Shown in pieces: positions 12,993 through 26,505 of a DNA stretch of 64,000 nt. The position numbers and the translations under genes were made by a program. This stretch comes from Octopus sinensis (taxonomy: Eukaryota). The notes beneath the pieces are model-generated. The model made no database searches. It was not told the DNA's origin and saw only the letters and a list, made by a program, of their open reading frames with translations. Where the stretch lies: the NCBI RefSeq assembly GCF_006345805.1, contig NC_043013.1, forward strand, positions 48,298,001 to 48,362,000, written 5' to 3'. Within the stretch, counting starts at the first letter, position 1, and each line of letters opens with the position of its first letter.

Positions 12993-13393
12993 GGAAAAAA
13001 GAGTTAGTTAGTAAATAAAATCAGTTTATTGAACTGGCACATCTTTCAAAAACCTAGGGTCCATAGAAAAATTCATTTTATATAAAGGGATCTTTGATAG
13101 TGAAAAAGCCAGGAACCATTGCTTTATAATATTTGTACATTTTATTATTGTGACGTTGTTCTTTTCACTCATCTTAAAACTTCTTAATCCTCAACTAATA
13201 AACTCAGCAACTGATTTCATAGTTAATTACTCTAAACAATTAAAAGGACCAGCCATTAAAATAATCTGCAAAAAAAAAATATTCCAATGTGCAAGCAGGA
13301 AAATGAAAACGAAAAAATTAAGAGAAATGAACAGAAAATAAAAAAACAAGACAATACATATTATAGTATCTTTGATGATATAAGATTACTTAC

Positions 13394-13444
13394 CTCAGCA
13401 GATTCTAAATCTTTATTGTATGACTTTGGTGGAAACCGCATAGC
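13394..13444 (-). CDS. PSMD3: PSMD3 next exon, 51 nt, phase 0/0
   Basis: Acceptor ttttatttcattgtag| and donor |gtaagt. Translates AMRFPPKSYNKDLESAE, identical to the recalled PSMD3 C-terminal region and in frame with the 45763-45918 exon. Confidence 0.96.
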
Positions 13445-13577
13445 CTACAATGAAATAAAATTGAAGCAAATAAGTTAAGAATTAAATTGATGAAACTGGA
13501 AAAGAAAGATTGAAAGTAAATAGTTGTGACGCATATAACAAAATCAACAACTGAAATAAATATAAACAGTTTAGATA

Positions 13578-13948
13578 TACTCTTTTACTTGTTTCAGTCA
13601 TTTGACTGCGGACTTATTCTTTGTAAGCCCAGTACTTATTCTATCGGTCTCTTTTGCCGAACCGCAAAGTGACGGGGACATAAACACACCAGCATCGGTT
13701 GTCAAGCGATGTTGGATGGGACAAACACAGACACACAAACATACACGCACACATACATATATATATATATATATACATATATACGACAGGCTTCTTTCAG
13801 TTTCCGTCTACCAAATCCACTCACAAGGCTTTGGTCGGCCCGAGCCTATAGTAGAAGACACTTGCCCAAGGTGCCACGCAGTGGGACTGAACTCGGAACC
13901 ATGTGGTTGGTAAGCAAGCTACTTACCACACAGCCACTCCTGCACCTA
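13578..13948 (-). mobile_element. SINE family A
   Basis: Reverse complement of the 9577-9995 element, ~130 bp from the 51-nt exon acceptor. Confidence 0.9.
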
Positions 13949-16649
13949 TGTTAGATATGTTAGAAATTAACCACAAACCAGATATTCATTGAGTTGACCT
14001 GGGGAGGCTACTTCAGGGAAACATTCTGCACACTAAATATGGTCTCACATATGTAATGAATATAATATATATGTAATAATTAGTATATTATATATATACA
14101 AATATGTATGTACAATATACATACCAGTATATATATATACTAACAAGTAATATGGTAAATTGAAAAACTGTGATCAGAGATTATCCAAGTGATTAGGAGA
14201 TAACTGCCCGCAAAGACGATAGCTCTAATATAGGTGCCTCCATGGCTGTGTAGTAAGAAGCTGGCTTTCCAATCACAGAGTTATGGGTTCAACCCCACTG
14301 TGTGGCACCTTCGGCAAGTGTCTTCTAGTATTACAGCCTCGAGCTGACCAAAATTTTGTGAGTGGAGTTGGTAGATGGGAACTGAAAGCCCATCAGTGTG
14401 TGTGTGTGTGAGTGTGTGTGTCTGTCTGTCTGTCTGTCTTTGTTGCCTGCCACTGTTTGACATCCAGTGTTTACAATCCTGTAACTTAGCAGTTTAGCAA
14501 ATTAGACTAAGAGAATAAGTTTCCAGATTTAGCAAAAAGACTGGTGTTGATTCATTCGACTCAAAATTCTTCAAGGTGGTGCCCCAGCATGGCCGCAGTA
14601 AATGACTGATACAAGTAAAAGATAAAAGATAGAGAGAATGTTGTAATGCTGATTAGCAACATAAGCAGTACATCAAGAAAATGTGTGGAATATAATGAGT
14701 CAAAAAAATCTAGTGGTTTCTTCAGGTATCAACATATGTATTTACAATAAATATTGTAAACTATGAGCAGGAGGCAAGCAGATAATGACAATCAGAGACC
14801 AAAGGATACACTAAAGAATATCACTGAAAATTCAACAGCCATCGTATCCTTTGTTAGAACTATTTCCATCTAACACAATAAAATGGGTATTTTTGACAAA
14901 TTAGAGCCACTCAAAAAAAAAATTAACCTTTATACTATTTAAAAAAAAAAGCCATGAACATAATATTTATATGGTTCGGTAATTACTTTTATATGAAAAA
15001 TCCAACAGTCAGTGACAAATTATTGCTGAACAAAGTATAACGAAATGGTGCTTTCTGCAGAACTATTATCACTGAGAAGAAACTAAGAGCTTGTAATGAT
15101 AGATGAGATGCCACTAGAAAAGAAGTGCTGCTGTTTAGAAAATTGATCGTGGAAAATCATTGACTTTCGTTTTGCATTCATATACCAAAGTAACTAAATG
15201 GTAGCTTTACTAAATTGATTCCACTGCTTTTAATATTTAGTGGATAGCATAGATAATCACAGATTTCTTGTGAACACACATACAAAGAAAGAAACACACA
15301 TTGATGCTGATAATAAAAGAATTTTTAAAAAATTAAGTGAAATAAAAATTGAAAAATAACCAAATAAACTTGAAGATACAAAAATAGTAATTTTCGTTTT
15401 TTAATTAAATAATAAAAAAAAATTAAGAGAGAGAAAAGTTTGAAAGATGAATTAAAATGATTATGAAAATTAAGAATTTCAATATAAAAGAAGTGAAGCA
15501 AGCCGAGTTATTAGCAAAAACTGTTATAGTCAACCAGAATCAAATGAAAGTGATAGATTAGTTAACAGAGAAGTTCATTATAAAATCTGATGGGATTCGT
15601 TTGTGCTGATTTTGTTTTACTTAACTGGTGTGTGTGTGTGTGTGTGCATGTGTCTGTGTGTGTGTGTGAGCGCTTGTGCACGCACACATTCAAACACACA
15701 TTTATACACACACACACACATCCATATAGATGTGTGTGTGTGTGTATATACATATATAGATTAAGAATGTATGCTTAAATATGTATATATATATATATAT
15801 ATGTGTGGATGGGTGTATTTATATATACTATATGCATTTGTATATATTATATAAATTATGTACATGTGTGTATATATAATTATATGTATACACATGCACA
15901 TACATACATGTATATATTTACATATACATCATATATACTTATATATATATTATACATATATCTATAAATATATTTTATATTTCACACACACAGACACACA
16001 CACACACCAGATTACCAAGAATAATGTGTAATCAGAGTTATTGTTGAATATGTAGTAGACAACTATCTTAAGTTGTGAATAATTAATGACTTTTGAGAAC
16101 GAGGAAGTCAAATGGTAATAAATATTTATAAATCATGTGATTGCTCTGTGCAGAAGTTTTTCACTGACAACAAACATAGAGGGAGGGGAAAATAAATAAA
16201 CAAATAAATAAATAAATAAACAGAAAACTATTTGAAAAATACAAACAATACAACCAGTAAATTGTCAGACCTAATGAGGTACTGGGAAAAAAAAAAAAAC
16301 CTAAGAAGGAATGGCTAGAAAGCCACCTACAGACTTGAGTAAAGATGTTTAGAGAACTGCAAGTCAGGGGGATAAATAGTTTTATCATAATATTTTCTTC
16401 TAAATTCAAAACAAGAGCAAAACTCAGTTTGCATGTGTTTCATTCTCCTTGACTAATCATTAATGTATAAAGTGGAAGTAAGATTTCGTTGACAATGCAA
16501 GTGTGCAAGCAGAAGCGCAGCCAAATACAGATGCTCGGCTCAAATTTAACACTTATGCGCCAAATCAAACAGCAGTTCAATTTCATGGTGCTGAAAACTT
16601 GAATACAGTGAAATACTAATGCAGTTAATCTTTATTATTTTACAAATGA

Positions 16650-17057
16650 GACTCTCTTTACTCTTTTACTTGTTTCAGTCATTTGCCTGCGGCCATGCTA
16701 GAGCACCGCCTTTAATCGAGCAACTCGACCCCGGGACTTATTCTTTTGCAAGCCCAGTACTTATTCTATCGGTCTCTTTTGCCGAACCGCTAAGTAACGA
16801 GGACATAAACACACCAGCATCAGTTGTCAAGCGATGTTAGGGGGACAAACACAGACACACAATCACACACACACGCATATATATACATATATACGATGGG
16901 CTTCTTTCAGTTTCTGTCTACCAAATCCACTCACAAGGCTTTGGTCGGCCCGAGGCTATAGTAGAAGACACTTGCCCAAGGTGCCACGCAGTGGGACTGA
17001 ACCCGGAACCATGTGGTTGGTAAACAAGCTACTTACCACACAGCCACTCCTGCGCCT
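16650..17057 (-). mobile_element. SINE family A
   Basis: Full head and tail, close to the other copies. Confidence 0.9.
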
Positions 17058-17080
17058 GTAAAGCATTTGATTGTTTAGTA

Positions 17081-17780
17081 CAGTGGTTCTCAACTCTTTT
17101 TAACCATTTCACCCCTTTCGTTACCATTTTATTCTAGTGGACCACCGTATCCCCATTTGATGTTTAAAAACTAGTTTTATAGATGCTTCTTTCAAAATTC
17201 TATTTTGTTTTCCACACATTAACTTGTGTAGGTTGAACTCTGTAAAACGTTAGAGAAAGAAACCCAGCTGTTTCTTGCAATAAATACATCTAAAGCAAAA
17301 TTTCTTATAGGCACAAGAGTGGCTGTGTGGTAAGTAGCTTGCTTACCAACCACATGGTTGTGGGTTCAGTCCCACTGTGTGGCATCTTGGGCAAGTGTCT
17401 TCTACTATAGCCTCAAGCCAACCGAAGCCTTGTGGGTGGATTTGGTAGATGGGGCGGGTTGTGCATCTGTGTTAGTCACCCCACCATCACTTGACAACCG
17501 ATGCTGGTGTGTTTACGTCCTTGTAACTTAGCAATTCAACAAAAGAGAGACCAATAGAATAAGTACTAGGCTTACAAAGTCCTGGAGTCAAATTGCTCAA
17601 CTAAAGGTGGTGCTCTAGCATGGCTGCAGTCAAATGACTGAAACAAATAAAAGATGAAAGGAATAAAAGACCCTTAAAATAGTACTGTGAGGACCCAATT
17701 TACTAGTTTGCTTATGTGGACCCCTAAAAATCTTATAAGGATCCCCAGGGATCTTATGGTCTAGTGGGAATGCTCTAGCT
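17081..17780. mobile_element. hAT-type MITE interrupted by a SINE (17309-17665)
   Basis: Left end cagtggttctcaac; internal segments resemble the reverse of 61872-62215; right end is degenerate. Confidence 0.55.
17309..17665 (+). mobile_element. SINE family A
   Basis: aggcacaagagtggctgtgtggtaagtagc...tgactgaaacaaataaaag. Confidence 0.9.
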
Positions 17781-18078
17781 GAAGGATGAAAAAGCTAAAC
17801 TTATACCAAAAGCTACATGTGCAAACTTTGCTGTCTGTGGAGAAGATTTTATGGGACATTTTCCTTTTTATTCAACTTGTAATCGCTTCTCATTCGTTGA
17901 CAGCCCTCACAAATCATAGGAACAGTGATATTGAACAGGTTCGATAAACGACTACTTTAAATATTTTACTTTATCAATGTTTGGCTTTGATAAATATGGA
18001 ATGAGAATGCCAAAATGATTCATATGAAACACGTATGTACAAAAGCCTGAAAAACATAAACAAAACGAAACTGTTTAA

Positions 18079-18299
18079 CCCTTTCGTTACTGTATTTATT
18101 TTGAGATGCTCTGTGTTTCTTTCAATTATTTTAAATATAACAAAGAATTTAGTAAAATAACTTAGTTATCATTCAACTAGTGTTAGGAAAATATATTGTG
18201 ACTAAGGTTTGGTGGAAGATTTTAATTCAGAACTTATAAAAACAAGACATTTGTACTACAGAGCCAGAGGCGGTTTCAGCCGGGTTGGTAACGAAAGGG
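18079..18299. mobile_element. piggyBac-type MITE (family 1)
   Basis: TTAA TSDs and ccctttcgttac/gtaacgaaaggg TIRs; highly similar to 5800-6018. Confidence 0.9.
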
Positions 18300-18480
18300 T
18301 TAACAGAGTAGCTTATATATATATCCTCTTCCAAAACAGTTTCTGTTCAATATGTACTGCACTGAGACAAAGACCTCAGAAATGGAAGTGAGGGTGAAAA
18401 TGCCTCATATTAAAGTATTACTGATGTCTATCTTTATGCATTGTGTCAAAAGCTTATCTGTCTACAATTGTCCTTCTTCA

Positions 18481-18905
18481 ACCCTTTAGCATTTAAACAG
18501 CCATATCAGGCCAAAATATTCTACTCATTCTATGTTCAAACTCTGATATCTACCCTACGAGCTCATTCTACAAATAAACAGTCACATCATTGAAATCTCA
18601 AAGCCACAAGGTAATGCATGATTAACCCTTTAGCATTTAAACATGCCATATCCGGCCAAAAGTATTCTGCCTGTTTTATGTTCAAACTGGCCAGATCTGG
18701 TCTCTCACACCAACCCTACAAGATCGTTTTAAAAATTAACAGCTACCTCATCAAAATCTCATAGCTACAACATTAATGCATGATTAGTTCAAAACAATGA
18801 GGATGTAAAAGCATTAATTTTGGCAGAATAATGTGAACACTAAAGGGTTAATTCAAAACAAGGGGAATAAATGAGCATTACATTTGACAAAGAAATCAGA
18901 GGGTT
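18481..18905. mobile_element. piggyBac-type MITE family 2, one copy (18626-18847) nested in another
   Basis: Inner copy TTAA|ccctttag...ctaaaggg|TTAA splits the outer copy at gcatga-TTAA-ttcaaaac. Confidence 0.8.
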
Positions 18906-20208
18906 CAGTTCTTAATAAAAGCTAACACGACAGAAATGAAATGTAGATTAGGTAGAGTATGACCAATCTGAAACTCAAGATGAGTCGCAAACACAGTTCA
19001 CCTGGCGTTTAATCTGCTATGCTCACACAATCCAGGTGACATCAGCATAGTGGATAACTAAAACTCTAATTCAAACAAATATCCAAATAATAAAGAAAAA
19101 AATCTGTTCACAACAGAATTTTAATATTGCAAAGTTTTTGAATAACAAGATTAATCAAATTTCTTCCACGATCATAGAACAATTTCTGAATTATGTATAA
19201 TGAGAATTTAATTAGAATTTCATTTAGTATACATAAATCTACACTCGCCTATATAAGTGAATAAATACAAGTATACAAATTATATAAAACCATTCATGTG
19301 TGTGAGCATACACATACATAGACAACATGTTTATATATTGTAATGATAAATCAACTGAGTGTAGAAATGAAACATGTTGTGACATAACCAAATCCTAACA
19401 TTTGTGATTAAAGTTCTTCATGTACAAGTTCTACAGCATATTCTTTAAATGCTGAGAATGTTTCAGAAAGTAAAAACAAAATGAGTTAAATCATATTTAC
19501 AGTTAAAACAAGATACATTCTTATACACAAAACTAAATCAATGAACAAATCTCACAAAAGAAAAAAAAAAAAAGTTAAACCAAATTGGTAAAACATTCCT
19601 GTAACTTTTAAGTTTTGAGTCTACTGAGAAAGACAGAAGCAGAACAGACAGCATGTGATTTTGAAAAACAAGAAGGCTATATACAGGATGGGCCAAAAGT
19701 CACACACCAAAACAGTTGACATTTTATTTACGTTACATTATTATTAGACAGCAAGCTGGTAGGGAATCATTAACACTTGGAGCAAAACACTTAGCGGCAT
19801 TTCATCCATCATTATGATCCGAGTTCCAAATCCGCCAAGATCGACATTGCCTTTCAACCTTTAAAGGGTCAATAAAATAAGTACCAGCTGAGTACTGAGG
19901 TCGATCTAATAAACTTACCTCTTCCCTAAACTTGCTGACCATGAGCCAAAAATTTGAAAACAGTCAAAATGGCAAGAGTGGAATGATACTGCTCTGAGTA
20001 TAGACCAGTGAGCTGGAGAAGAAGAATTGGAGAAGCCACTTGCCCTTGGTGTTCAGGGAGATCTTGGATAGTAAGGTTCCTTGATTATCACTAGACATCC
20101 TCTTGTGTCAGGAGGACAATATCTCTATCATTCTCACCTTTTATTTCATTTTATTTTTACTATTGTATACTATGTATGCTTCTCTTTTCTGTCTTATTGT
20201 ACTGTGCA

Positions 20209-21097
20209 CAAGGTGGTATCCTAAAGTTCCTGGACCACTTATGTTTAATAAAAAAAAAATAACTTATTTACCTAAGTTTTAACATCATCTCCTTTGAAGC
20301 AGTCACATTGCACAGCAATACACTGGTCCCTACATTCCTGCTACTTTTGGAATCTGGCCTGGGAGACGTTTTCTGTAAGCAAGTTGATGACCTTCTGAAA
20401 TTCATTCTGGATCTCAACAATGGTGTTAAAATGGCAACCTTTCAGTTGCCTTTTCACCTTGGGGAAGAGATGGAAGTCTGCAAGTGCCAAATCTGGCAAA
20501 TATGGCAGGTGCAGAAGCAATACCATGTTGTTTTCGGCAAGAAACTCACAAGTGAGAAGAGCTTCGTGGCATGCAATGTTGTCATGAAGAATCCACAGAG
20601 CCATTCACTTTTGCCGACTGTCCTCCCTCAAACACTTCAAAATGTCACAGAAGAACTCTTGATTGACAGTCTGGCACCGGGAAACAAATTCTCAATGCAC
20701 AACACCACATTTCCAGGGGTAACACTGGTGGCAGGTCTTGCAGATCATTCATTGCCTTCCAAGGATGTTCTGCTTTCAAAGCACTCATGCCACATGAAAC
20801 ACTGCACACGACCCATTGCTTGCCCAAGCATGCTTAATGTCTCCGTAGCAGACTTCCAAAATTTAACACCAAATTTCATGTTAGTTCTTTGTTCCTATCC
20901 ATAATAAAATTGCAGACTACAACATACACGTGATCACAAAAACACAAATTTCACAACTTGTGAAGTAAACAAAGCACTGTCACTCAACACAGTGCCTCAT
21001 GAAGGTCACTGCAAGTTCTCACTGTGTACACAACCACGTGCTGCCATCTGTTGGCATGCGACAGAACTACTTCGGGAACTTTTTTGATACCACCTTG
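20209..21097 (-). mobile_element. Internally deleted mariner element
   Basis: TIRs caaggtggtatcctaaagttcc / ggaacttttttgataccaccttg|TA. ORF 20341-20604 contains LHDNIACH...HLPYLPDLALADFHLFPKVKRQLKG (DD34D C-terminal motifs). Confidence 0.85.
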
Positions 21098-21689
21098 TAT
21101 ACTTTCTATATATTTATATGTATGTTTTTTTCTCCCCCCCCACACTTAGTGTTTGTCTTTGTCTTGTCTCCCTCATCCTGGTGGCAAACAAAAGAAATTA
21201 TTATTATTATTATTATTATTAATTTTGTTCATCACGTAAGGGCACATATGCTCATCATTATTTTATTTATTTTATTCAATTTTAGAAAATTATGGCTTCG
21301 AGATTTTGATATGATTGTTTATTTTTAGAATGACATTATAGGGCATGTGTGAGAGGCTGAGTTTGGCCAGTCTGCCATACTCGGGCTGATATGGCCAGTT
21401 TAAATGATAAAGGGTTAAACAAAGAAAAGTGTACATTTTCTGCTAAATATATTAATCTACTTGACTGACTGTGATCAATAATAGATTAGACCAGATTTAG
21501 AATATGCATAGTTTTACAACTCAATCTTCCTCAAAGGCATAACTTCTTTGCAGTGTGCATTAGGCACGTTTGCTTTTTACTATTTATATTCTGAAATTTC
21601 CTAGAGAAACTTCATATTTTAGTTACTGCTAAACATTTTCCCAACCCCTCTTCAGTACTGAAAGCTTTTGAGTGTCTTAAAGCAAGAGA

Positions 21690-21960
21690 TTGTCAATTCT
21701 GCTATGAAAGCTATTGATCCTGCAATACCAGGGGTGGTTGAGGCTGATGCTGCAGATAATATCATTGCTGCCACTTTAGGGGAATCAGAACAGCCAGAGG
21801 CTGAACACTATCAAATGGAGCAGGCATGGGCAACCTTTATCCAGAACAAGCCACATGACACATGGCTCGTGATTAGGCAGACTACACAACTAAAAAGAAA
21901 TTAAAAGTACTTTTTCATTAAGCATGCCATTTAGAAGGTCCTGTGGGTCACAGGTTGCCC
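21690..21960 (+). mobile_element. Gypsy-type LTR retrotransposon RNase H relic
   Basis: AIDPAIPGVVEADAADNIIAATLG resembles the recalled Gypsy RNase H motif AIDExxPFxVETDASDxAIAATLN. Confidence 0.5.
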
Positions 21961-22145
21961 ATGACTGAGATAGAGCATATACCCACACAGACCAAGTCCA
22001 CATTAACATTTAGTCATTAATTCTACACTGATTGGTTCATTGCAAGGACATTTTTATTGACTTATAAACTATTTGTGGTATGACATCAGACTACTTGCGT
22101 GAAAATACAAAATTACTTTTTGGTACCCCTAACACTTTTTGCATC

Positions 22146-22455
22146 AAAAATCTTTCTCTCTCTATCCACTCAGTCGAAGTCGACTCTCGGTCGCTCGTTG
22201 GATCAGTGTCCTCCAGTCAGTTCTATCCTGGACAGCTTCTTTCAGATTGGCTATGTCCATTCCGATATCACTCTTGATGGTGTCAAGCCAGCGGGTTCTT
22301 GGTCGGCCTCTTCCTCTCTTGCCACTGATCATTCCAAGCATGATGTCCTTCTCCAGGGATTTTCTCAGCATAATATGACCGAAATATGCTTGGCAATCTT
22401 TACAACTCCTTAAATTCTGTTGTTCAGACCAGCCATTTTCCTCCTGCCACATTCA
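22146..22455 (-). mobile_element. RTE-clade LINE 3' end
   Basis: YFGHIMLRKSLEKDIMLGMISGKRGRGRPRTRWLDTIKSD...RWRTLIQ with a GA/TA-type tail; same family as 31582-32666. Confidence 0.92.
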
Positions 22456-24469
22456 AATGCATTACAACTAGGACCATCCCATACTTTTTTCCGGACACAC
22501 TGTAACTTGGGCTACACTATGCTACTCTCATTTTTTTTGGTTTTTTTTTTGGAAAATGGTAGGGTGTAATGTAAAGGAAAATTAGCTGCTCTTTTTAGAA
22601 AGTGACACAGCTATGAAGAGGCAACCTCATTGGCTTGAGTACAAGTTCTGTTTATGGTGATATGTTAAAGATTTTGCACGCTCAGCACATCCTAAATGAG
22701 GTAACCAATGTTGATGTGGGGCGCCATCAGACACTAGCAACAAGTTTGGTGGTGCAAAAGACATAGCAGACTCAGATTAACAGAAAGGGAAGCAAAATAA
22801 TACTGAGCAGCAAGCAAATACTAGTGTTGTAAGGATTAGGATAATCTTAGCCAATTTTGTGAAAGACAACGAACCTTACAATTGTTGAAGATATTTAGAA
22901 AACAGAAACAATCTTGGATGATATGCAACTGAGATTTGACTTTGTTGATACACAGGCAAGTTGTCATGTGATTCGAAACAAAATAACAATTCCTCGCAAA
23001 ACATTGCATTTAAATAAGAATTTCTCACACAAGTTCCAGAAAATAAATTTCCCTTATGACAAAACAGATCATTATAAAAAATTTAGTAAAAACTAGCCAA
23101 ATAAAAGTAGAAAATTCCAACAACTTAAAAATAGTAGAAGATTTACACTTTAAAATGTAAACTAAACAATAGGAAAAAATATTTTAGCATATAATATAAT
23201 TTGAATACAATTAATTTGATTTACAAAAATTTCTTTCAAAAATGTATTTATTTATTGAAGAACATATTAAAATTGACTTTTGTCTTCAAGGGATTGTAAG
23301 CAATTTTATTTACTTTATACATGAAAATTGATTAGCATTAAGTTTCTTTTATAATGCTAAAAATAGGAATTAAAATTAAAATTTTTTTTTAGAACTGTAA
23401 ACTAAAAAATAAATCACAACGAACAGTAGATTCAAATTTCCTTAATAATAATGCAAGCTTAATAATAATATTATATATTTTCCAATATATACTGAAACAA
23501 AAAAATATTAAAATGTTTTGAATAAAAATATTATCCAGTTTTTTTTTTCCTTGATGATGTATTTTGTGAAATTCTTTTTCATTTATTAACAAATAAAAAT
23601 AATATATTTATTTATATCTTTAATAATAATGATAATAATAATAACAACAACAACAACAACAACAACTGCTGCTGCTTCTAACAAGAGCAAGAGCTACATT
23701 CTTTAAAGAAATGGAAGAATATAATTCTAATGTGGACTGCAAGTAAGCAAATATGGCAAGTGTGATATAACTTTACAAATAAAACATAATAAAATATTTT
23801 TTAAAAAAAAAAGGAAAAATTGATTTCTAATATATTTATGGCAAAAAAATTTTCAACATGCAAAATGTAGAATAACAGACAAAATTCCAAGAGTTCAAAT
23901 TTAAACTTGCTATTTGTTTTGGCTTATTTAATTGAAAACACATGAGCTATTTGTTAAAATTGGAAAATTAAAGAAGTCATTTGTATTTCATGTGGAATAT
24001 ATTTCTGCTTGTAGCTACCAGATATTAACATCATCCAGTCTAATCAGTAACTACAGTACTTCACAAAGGACTATATTTTGCCTCTTATTAAGAAACTGTA
24101 TTTTACTCCTGATTTTTGATGAATCAAACTCACGTTTTCAGCTAATACTTTCATTCGCTGCAAACTATATAGTGCTTCCTTGATCTTCCTTCAACAAAAT
24201 TTAACACAATGCGGGAGAATTATAATAAAACAAAGAAAATTACATTACCAGTTCCCTAGAAGTAGAGGGAGCTGCTTGTTTGAAGGTTGGAAACACTCTA
24301 AAACACACAGACACATCAAAACATCTCAAAGATTCATGCAAGCTTCTTATTGATATTATTCTCTCACACATCAATAAACGTCAGAACATTCACTAGGAAG
24401 AATATAATTTCATTTGAAACCTATTTACATTTTAAATATTCCAATATGTCTTTTCCAACAATCCTTTGA

Positions 24470-26505
24470 CCAATTCTATTTTAGAACTGTGTAGTACCGA
24501 ATTCTATTTTAGAACTGTGTAGTACCGAATTCTATTTTAGAACTGTGTAGTACTGAATTCTATTTTAGAACTGTGTAGTACCGAATTCTATTTTAGAACT
24601 GTGTAGTACCGAATTCTGTTTTAGAACTGTGTAGTACCGAATTCTGTTTTAGAACTGTGAAGTACCGAATTCTGTTTTAGAACTGTGTAGTACCAAATTC
24701 TATTTTAGAACTGTGTAACACCGAATTCTATTTTAGAACTGTGTAACACCGAATTCTATTTTAGAACTGTGTAGTACCGAATTCTATTTTAGAACTGTGT
24801 AGTACCGAATTCTATTTTAGAACTGTGTAGTACCGAATTCTATTTTAGAACTGTTTAGTACCAAATTCTATTTTAGAATTGTGTAGTACCGAATTCTATT
24901 TTAGAACTGTGTAGTACCGAATTCTATTTTAGAACTGTGTAGTACCAAATTCTATTTTAGAACTGTGTAGTACCGAATTCTATTTTAGAACTGTGTAGTA
25001 CCGAATTCTATTTTAGAACTGTGTAGTACCGATTTCTATTTTAGAACTGTGTAGTACCAAATTCTATTTTAGAACTGTGTAGTACCGGATTCTATTTTAG
25101 AACTGTGTAGTACCGAATTCTATTTTAGAACTGTGTAGTACCGAATTCTATTTTAGAACTGTGTAGTACCGAATTCTGTTTTAGAACTGTGTAGTACCGA
25201 ATTCTATTTTAGAACTGTGTAGTACCGAATTCTGTTTTAGAACTGTGTAGTACCGAATTCTATTTTAGAACTGTGTAGTACCGAATTCTATTTTAGAACT
25301 GTGTAGTACCGAATTCTATTTTAGAACTGTGTAGTACCGAATTCTATTTTAGAACTGTGTAGTACCGAATTCTGTTTTAGAACTGTGTAGTACCGAATTC
25401 TATTTTAGAACTGTGTAGTACCAAATTCTATTTTAGAACTGTGTAGTACCGAATTCTATTTTAGAACTGTGTAGTACCAAATTCTATTTTAGAACTGTGT
25501 AGTACCAAATTCTATTTTAGAACTGTGTAGTACCGAATTCTATTTTAGAACTGTGTAGTACCGAATTTGTTTTAGAACTGTGTAGTACCGAATTCTATTT
25601 TAGAACTGTGTAGTACCAAATTCTATTAGAACTGTGTAGTAGTACCGAATTCTATTTTAGAACTGTGTAGTACCGAATTCTATTTTAGAACTGTGTAGTA
25701 CCGAATTCTATTTTAGAACTGTGTAGTACCGAATTCTGTTTTAGAACTGTGTAGTACCGAATTCTATTTTAGAACTGTGTAGTACCGAATTCTATTTTAG
25801 AACTGTGTAGTACCAAATTCTATTTTAGAACTGTGTAGTACCGAATTCTATTTTAGAACTGTGTAGTACCGAATTCTATTTTAGAACTGTGTAGTACCGA
25901 ATTCTATTTTAGAACTGTGTAGTACCGAATTCTGTTTTAGAACTGTGTAGTACCGAATTCTATTTTAGAACTGTGTAGTACCGAATTCTGTTTTAGAACT
26001 GTGTAGTACGGAATTCTATTACTGTGTAGTACCGAATTCTATTTTAGAACTGTGAGTACCAAATTCTATTTTAGAATAGTACTGATTCTATTTTAGAACT
26101 GTGTAGTACCGAATTCTGTTTTAGAACTGTTAGTACCGAATTCTATTTTAGAACTGTTTAGTACCGAATTATATTTTAGAACTGTGTAGTACCAAATTCT
26201 ATTTTAGAACTGTGTAGTACCGAATTCTATTTTAGAACTGTGTAGTACTGAATTCTATTTTAGAACTGTGAAGTACCAAATTCTATTTTAGAACTGTGTA
26301 GTACCGAATTCTGTTTTAGAACTGTGTAGTACCGAATTCTATTTTAGAACTGTTTAGTACCGAATTCTATTTTAGAACTGTGTAGTACCAAATTCTATTT
26401 TAGAACTGTGTAGTACCGAATTCTATTTTAGAACTGTGTAGTACTGAATTCTATTTTAGAACTGTGTACCAAATTCTATTTTAGAACTGTGTAGTACCAA
26501 ATTCT
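24470..26505. repeat. 28-bp tandem satellite, ~73 copies, unit GAATTCTATTTTAGAACTGTGTAGTACC
   Basis: Direct reading gives a period of 28 (e.g. ttagaactgt at 24481 and 24509), with an EcoRI site in most units and no spacers. Confidence 0.98.

Noticed and set aside
24470-26505. CRISPR-like array
   Set aside because: Contiguous 28-bp units with no unique spacers, in a eukaryotic context with no cas genes.
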